Assembly (NCBI RefSeq): GCF_009914755.1
Contig: NC_060935.1
Length of the DNA: 64,000 nt
Origin: the human T2T-CHM13v2.0 reference genome, Homo sapiens
Strand: one strand, 5' to 3'
Below, in pieces: positions 58,568 to 64,000 of the stretch. The notes under the pieces were generated by a model. The model was not told where the DNA came from and did no database searches. It saw only the letters and a program-made list of their open reading frames with translations. Position 1 is the first letter of the stretch, and every line of letters begins with the position of its first letter. Both the position numbers and the translations under genes were made by a program.

Positions 58568-61500
58568 AATTTTCTTTTGATTGAGCAGCTTTGAAACACT
58601 CTTTGTAGTATCTGCAAATGGATATTTGGAACACTTCAAGGACTATAGTTGAAAAGGAAATATCTTCACATAAAAACTAGACAGAAGCATTCTGAGAGAC
58701 CTCTTTTTGATGTGTGTATTCATCTCACAGAGTTGAACCTTTCTTTTGATTGAACAGTTTTGAAACGTTCTTTTTGTAGAATCTGCAAGTGGATAATTGG
58801 AAAGCTTTGAGGCCTATGGTGGAAAACGAAACATCTTCACATAAAAACTAGACAGAAGCATTCTCAGAAACTACTTTGTGATGTGTGTGTTATACTCACA
58901 GAGTTGAAACTTTCTTTTGATTGACTAGTTTGGAAACAATATTTTTGTAGTATCGGTAGGCAATTGGGAGCACTTTGATGCCTACAGCTGGAAAAGGAAA
59001 TGTCTAAACATAAATACTAGACAGAAGCATTCTGAGAAACTTCTTTGTGATGTGTGCCTTCATTTCACAGAGTTGAACCTTTCTTTTGTTTGAGCTGTTT
59101 TGAAACACTCTTTTTGTAGAATCTGAAAGTGGATATTTGGAACGCTTTGAGGCCTATGGTGGAAAAGGAAATATTTTCACATAAAAACTAGACAAAAGCA
59201 TTCTCAGGAAGTTGTTTGTAATGTGTGCATTCCGCTCACAGAGTTGAACCTTTCTTTTGATAGAGCAGTTTTGAAACACTCTTTTTGTAGGATCTGCAAA
59301 TAGATATTTGGAGCGTTTTGAGTCCTATGGTGGAAAAGGAAATATCTTCACATAAAAACTAGTCAGAAGCATTCTCAGAAACTTCTTTCTGATGTGTGCA
59401 TTCAACTCACAGTGTTGAACCTTTCTTTTGATAGAGCAGTTTTGAAACACTCTTTTTCCAGAATCTGCAAGTGGATATTTGGAGTGCTTTGAGGCCTATG
59501 GTGGAAAAGGAAATATCTTCAGGCAAAAAGTAGACAGAAGCATTCTCAGAAACTTCTTTCTAATGTGTGCATTGAACTCACAGAGTTGAACCTTTCTTTT
59601 GATAGAGCCGTTTTGAAAATCTCTTTTTTTAGAATCTGCAAGTGGATATTTGGTGCTCTTTTAGACCTATAGTGGAAAAGGAAATATCTTCACATAAAAA
59701 CTAGATAGACGCATTCTCAGAAACTACTTTGTGATGTGTGCATTCAACTCACAGAGTTGAACCTTTCTTTTATTGAGCAGTTTTGAAACACTCTTTTGAA
59801 GTGACTGCAAGTGTATATTCGGAGTGCTTTGAGGCATGTACTGGAAAAGGAAATATCTTCACATCATAAGAACTAGACAGAATCATTCGCAGAAACTTCT
59901 TTGTGATGAGTGCCTTCAACTGCCAGAGGTGAACCTTGAGCAGTTTTGAAACATTCTTTTTGTAGTATCTGCAAGTGGATATTTGGAGCACATTGAGGCC
60001 AATGGTGGAAAAGGAAATATCCTCACATAAAAACTAGAGAGAAGTATTCTTAGAAATTCTTTCTGATGTGTGCATTAAAACTCACAGAGTTGAACCATTC
60101 TTTTGATAGAGTAGTTTTGAAACACTCTTTCTGAAGTATCTGCAAGTGTATATTCAGAGCGCTTTGAGGCCTATGGTGGAAGAGGAAATATCTTCACATA
60201 GGAACTAGACAGAAGCATTCGCAGAAACTTCTTTGTGATGAGTATTTTCAACTCTCAGAGTTTAACCTTTCCTTTGATAGAGCTGTTTTGAAACACTATT
60301 TTTGTAGTATCTGCAAGTGGATATTTGGAGCGCTTTGAGGCCTATGGTGGATAAGGAAATATCCTCACATAAAAACTAGACAGAAGCATTCTCAGAAAGT
60401 TCTTTGTAATGTGTGCATTCAAGTCACAGACTTGAACCTTTCCTTTAATGGAGCAGTTTTAAAACACTGTTTTTGTAGAATCTGCAAGTGAGTATTTGGA
60501 GCACATTGAGGCCTTTGGATTAGAAGTAAATATCTTCATGTAAATCTAGACTGAAGCATTCTCAGAAACGTCTTTGTGATGTGTGCCTTCAACTCAGAGA
60601 GATGAACCTTTCTTTTGATTGAGCTGTTTTGAAACACTCTTTTTGTAGAATCTGAAAGTGGATATTTGGAAAGCTTTGAGGCCTACGATGGGAAAGGAAA
60701 TATTTTCACATAGAAACTAGACAAAAGCATTCTTGAGAAGTTGTTTGTGATGTGTGCATTCCGCTCACAGAGTTGAACCTTTCTTTTGATAGAGCAGTTT
60801 TGAAACACTCTTTTTATAGAATCTGCAAGTGGATATTTGGAGCGCTTTGAGCCCTATGGTGGAAAAGGAAATATCTTCACATAAAAACTAGTCAGAAGCA
60901 TTCTCAGAAACTTCTTTCTGATGTGTGCATTCAACTCACAGTGTTGAACCTTTCTTTTGATAGAGCAGTTTTGAAACACTTTTTCCAGAATCTGCAAGTG
61001 GATATTTGGAGTGCTTTGAGGCCTATGGTGGAAAGGAAATATCTTCAGGTAAAAAGTAGACAGAAGCATTCTCAGAAACTTCTTTCTAATGTGTGCATTG
61101 AACTCACAGAGTTGAACCTTTCTTTTGATAGAGCCTTTTTGAAAATCTCTTTTTTTAGAATCTGCAAGTGGATATTTGGTGCTCTTTTAGGCCTACGGTG
61201 GAAAAGGAAATATCTTCACATAAAAACTAGACAGAAGCATTCTCAGAAACTACTTTGTGATGTGTGCATTCAACTCACAGAGTTGAACCTTTCTTTTGAT
61301 AGAACAGTTTTGAAACACTCTTTTGAAGTGACTGCAAGTGTATATTCGGAGTGCTTTGAGGCATGTACTGGAAAAGGAAATATCTTCACATAAGAACTAG
61401 ACAGAATCATTCACAGAAACTTCTTTGTGATGAGTGAATTCAACTCCCACAGTTGAACCTTGAGGAGTTTTGAAACACACTTTTTGTAGTATCTGCAAGT

Positions 61501-64000
61501 GGATATTTGGAGTGCTTTGAAGCCAATGGTGGAAAAGTTAATATCCTCACATAAAAACTAGACTGCAGCAATCTTAGAAACTTCTTTCTGATGTGTGCAT
61601 TCAACTCACAGAGTTGAACCTTTCTTTTGATAGAGCAGTTTTCAAACACTCTTTTTGTAGAATCTGCAAGTGCACATTTGGAGCGCTTTTAGGCCTATGG
61701 TGGGAAAGGAAATATCTTCACATAATAACTAGACAGAAGCATTCTCAGAAACTACTTTGTGATGTGTGCATTCAACTCACAGAGTTGAACCTTTCTTTTG
61801 ACAGAGCAGCTTTGAAACACTTTTTTTGAAGTATCTGCATGTGTATATTCAGAGCGCTTCGAGGTCTATTGTGGAAAAGGAAATATCTTCACATAGGAAC
61901 TAGACAGAAGCAGTTGCAGAAACATCTTTGTGATGAGTGCATTCAACTCCCAGAGTTTAACGTTTCCTTTGATAGTTCAGTTTTGAAACACTCTTCTTGT
62001 ATTATCTGCAAGTGGATATTTGGAGCGCTGTGAGGCCAATGGTGGAAAAGGAAATATCCTCACATAAAAACTAGACAGAAGCATTCTCAGAAACTTCTTT
62101 GTGTTGTGTGCATTCAACTCACAGGGTTGAACCTCTCCTTTGATTGAGCAGTTTGAAACACTCTTTTTGTAGGCTCTGCAAGTGTATATTTGGAGCGCTT
62201 TGATGCCTATGGTGGAAAAGGAAATATCTTCACATAAATCTAGACAGAAGCATTCGAAGAAACTTCTTTGTGATGTGTGCCTTCAACTCACAGAGTTGAA
62301 CCTTTCTTTTGATAGAAAAGTTTTGAAACTCTCTTTTTCTACACTCTGCAAATGGATATTTGGAGCGCTATGAGGCATATGGTGGAAAAGGACATATCCT
62401 CACATAAAAACTAGACAGAAGCATTCTCGGAAACTCCTTTGTGTTGTGTGCATTCAACTCACAGGGTTGAACCTTTCCTTTATTGAGCAGCTTTAAAAAT
62501 CTCTTTTTGTAGAATCTGCAATTGGATATTTGGAGCACTTTGTGGCCTGTGGTGGAAAAGGAAATATCTTCACATAAATCTAGACAGAAGCATTCTCAGA
62601 AACATTACTGTGATGTGTGCATTCAACTCACAGATTTGAACCTTTGTTTTGATAGAGCAGTTTTGAAACACTCTTTTTCTTCAATCTGCAAGTGGATATT
62701 TGGAGCATTTTGAGGCCTTGGAGGAAAAGGAAATATACTCACATAAAAACTAGATAGAAGCTTTCTCAGAAACTTCTTTGAGATGTGTACATTCAACTCA
62801 CAGAGTGGAACCTTCCCTTTCATTGAGCCATTTTTGAAAAACTGTTTTTGTAGGATCTGTAAGTCGATATTTAGAGCAGATTGAGGCCTATGGTGGAAAA
62901 GGAAATATCCTCACATAAAAACTAGACAGAAGTATTCTCAGAAACTTCTTTGTGACATGTGCATTGAACCTACAGAGTTCAACCTTTCTTTTGATAGAGC
63001 AGTTTTGAAACACTCTTTCTCCGGAATCTGCAATTGGATATTTGGTGTGCTGTGAGGCCAATGGTGGAAAAGGAGATACCTTCACATAAAAACTAGACAG
63101 AAGCTTTCTCAGAAACTTATTTGTGAAGTGTGCATTCAACTCACAGAGTTGAACCTTTCTTTTGATAGAGCCTTTTTGAAACTCTCTTTTTCTACAATCT
63201 GCAAATGGATATTTGGAGCCCTTTGAGGCCTATGCTGGAGAGGAAATATCTTCACATAAAAACTAGACAGAAGCATTCTCAAAAACTTGTTTGTGATGAC
63301 TGCATTCAACTCACAGAGTTGAGCATTTCTATTGATACAGCAGTATTCAAACACTCTTTCTGTAGACTCTGCAAGTGGATATTTGGAGAGCTTTGAGGCC
63401 TATGGTGAAAAAGGAAATATCCTCACATAAAAACTAGACAGACGCATTCTCAGAAACTTCTTTCTGTTGTGTACATTGAACTCACAGAGTTGAAATTTAC
63501 TTTTGATGAAGCAGTTTTGAAACAATCTTTTTGTAGAATCTGCAAGTGGATATTTGGAGCGTTTTGAGGCATATGTTGGAAAAAGAAATACCTTTACATA
63601 AAATCTAGAGAGAAGCATTCTCAGAAACTTCTGTGTGATGTGTGCATTTATCTCACAGAGTTGAAACTTTCTTTTTAAAGAGCAGTTTTGAAACACTCCT
63701 TTTGTAGAATCTGCAAGTGGCTATTTGGGATATTTGACGCCTATGGTGGAAAAGGAAATATCCTCACATAACAACCAGACAGAAGCATTCTCAGAAACTT
63801 CTTTGTTTTGTGTGCATTCAACTCACAGTGTTGAACATGTCCTTTGATTGCACGGTTTTGAAACACTGTTTTTTGCAGGATCTGCAAGTGGATATTTGCA
63901 GCGCTATGAGGCTTATGTTGGAAAAGAAAATATCTCCACATAAATCCAGACAGAATCACTCACAGAAACTTCTTTGTGATGTGTGCACTCAAATCACAGA
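58565..64000 (+). repeat. Monomeric alpha satellite, conventional orientation, A-type monomers
   Basis: Repeats of CATTCTCAGAAACTTCTTTGTGATGTGTGCATTCAACTCACAGAGTTGAACC...GCAAGTGGATATTTGGAGCGCTTTGAGGCCTATGGTGGAAAAGGAAATATC. Confidence 0.98.
59040..62265 (+). repeat. Tandem duplication of a 9-10-monomer block
   Basis: Rare variants recur at fixed offsets: CCGCTCAC at 59232/60761, GAAGTGACTGCAAG at ~59798/61325, a shared deletion GAACCTTGAG at ~59931/61455 and GTGTATATTCAGAGC at 60146/61841. Confidence 0.88.

Overview
This window is human pericentromeric heterochromatin. About 56 kb is divergent, monomeric alpha satellite (~171-bp repeats of the A/pJalpha type; I found no CENP-B box by eye). 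Four LINE-1 pieces interrupt it: (1) a 5'-inverted, human-specific L1HS-Ta element, (2) a 5'-inverted L1PA2-like element, (3) a 5'-truncated L1PA3/4-like element, and (4) a 4.65-kb L1PA3/4-like element that keeps its 5'UTR, ORF0, ORF1 and EN/RT but is broken off at an array-orientation switch. There are no host protein-coding genes: the many short ORFs are translations of the satellite or decayed L1 frames. The notable structure is as follows. Three of the four L1s sit at the same nucleotide of the 171-bp monomer with the same 14-bp target site. A 5-kb inverted satellite block looks inserted and is surrounded by template-switch scars. A 112-bp perfect templated patch occurs 1.8 kb from its donor. 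Several incipient higher-order repeats are present, including an AB(CD)n array. A satellite layer boundary falls near 41.7 kb. Satellite strand is given relative to the conventional consensus orientation (CATTCTCAGAAACTTCTTTGTGATGTGTGCATTCAACTCACAGAG = +). L1 subfamily calls rest on diagnostic nucleotides recalled from memory, not on a database search. I see no evidence for a new gene system; the interest lies in repeat evolution and retrotransposon-satellite interplay.
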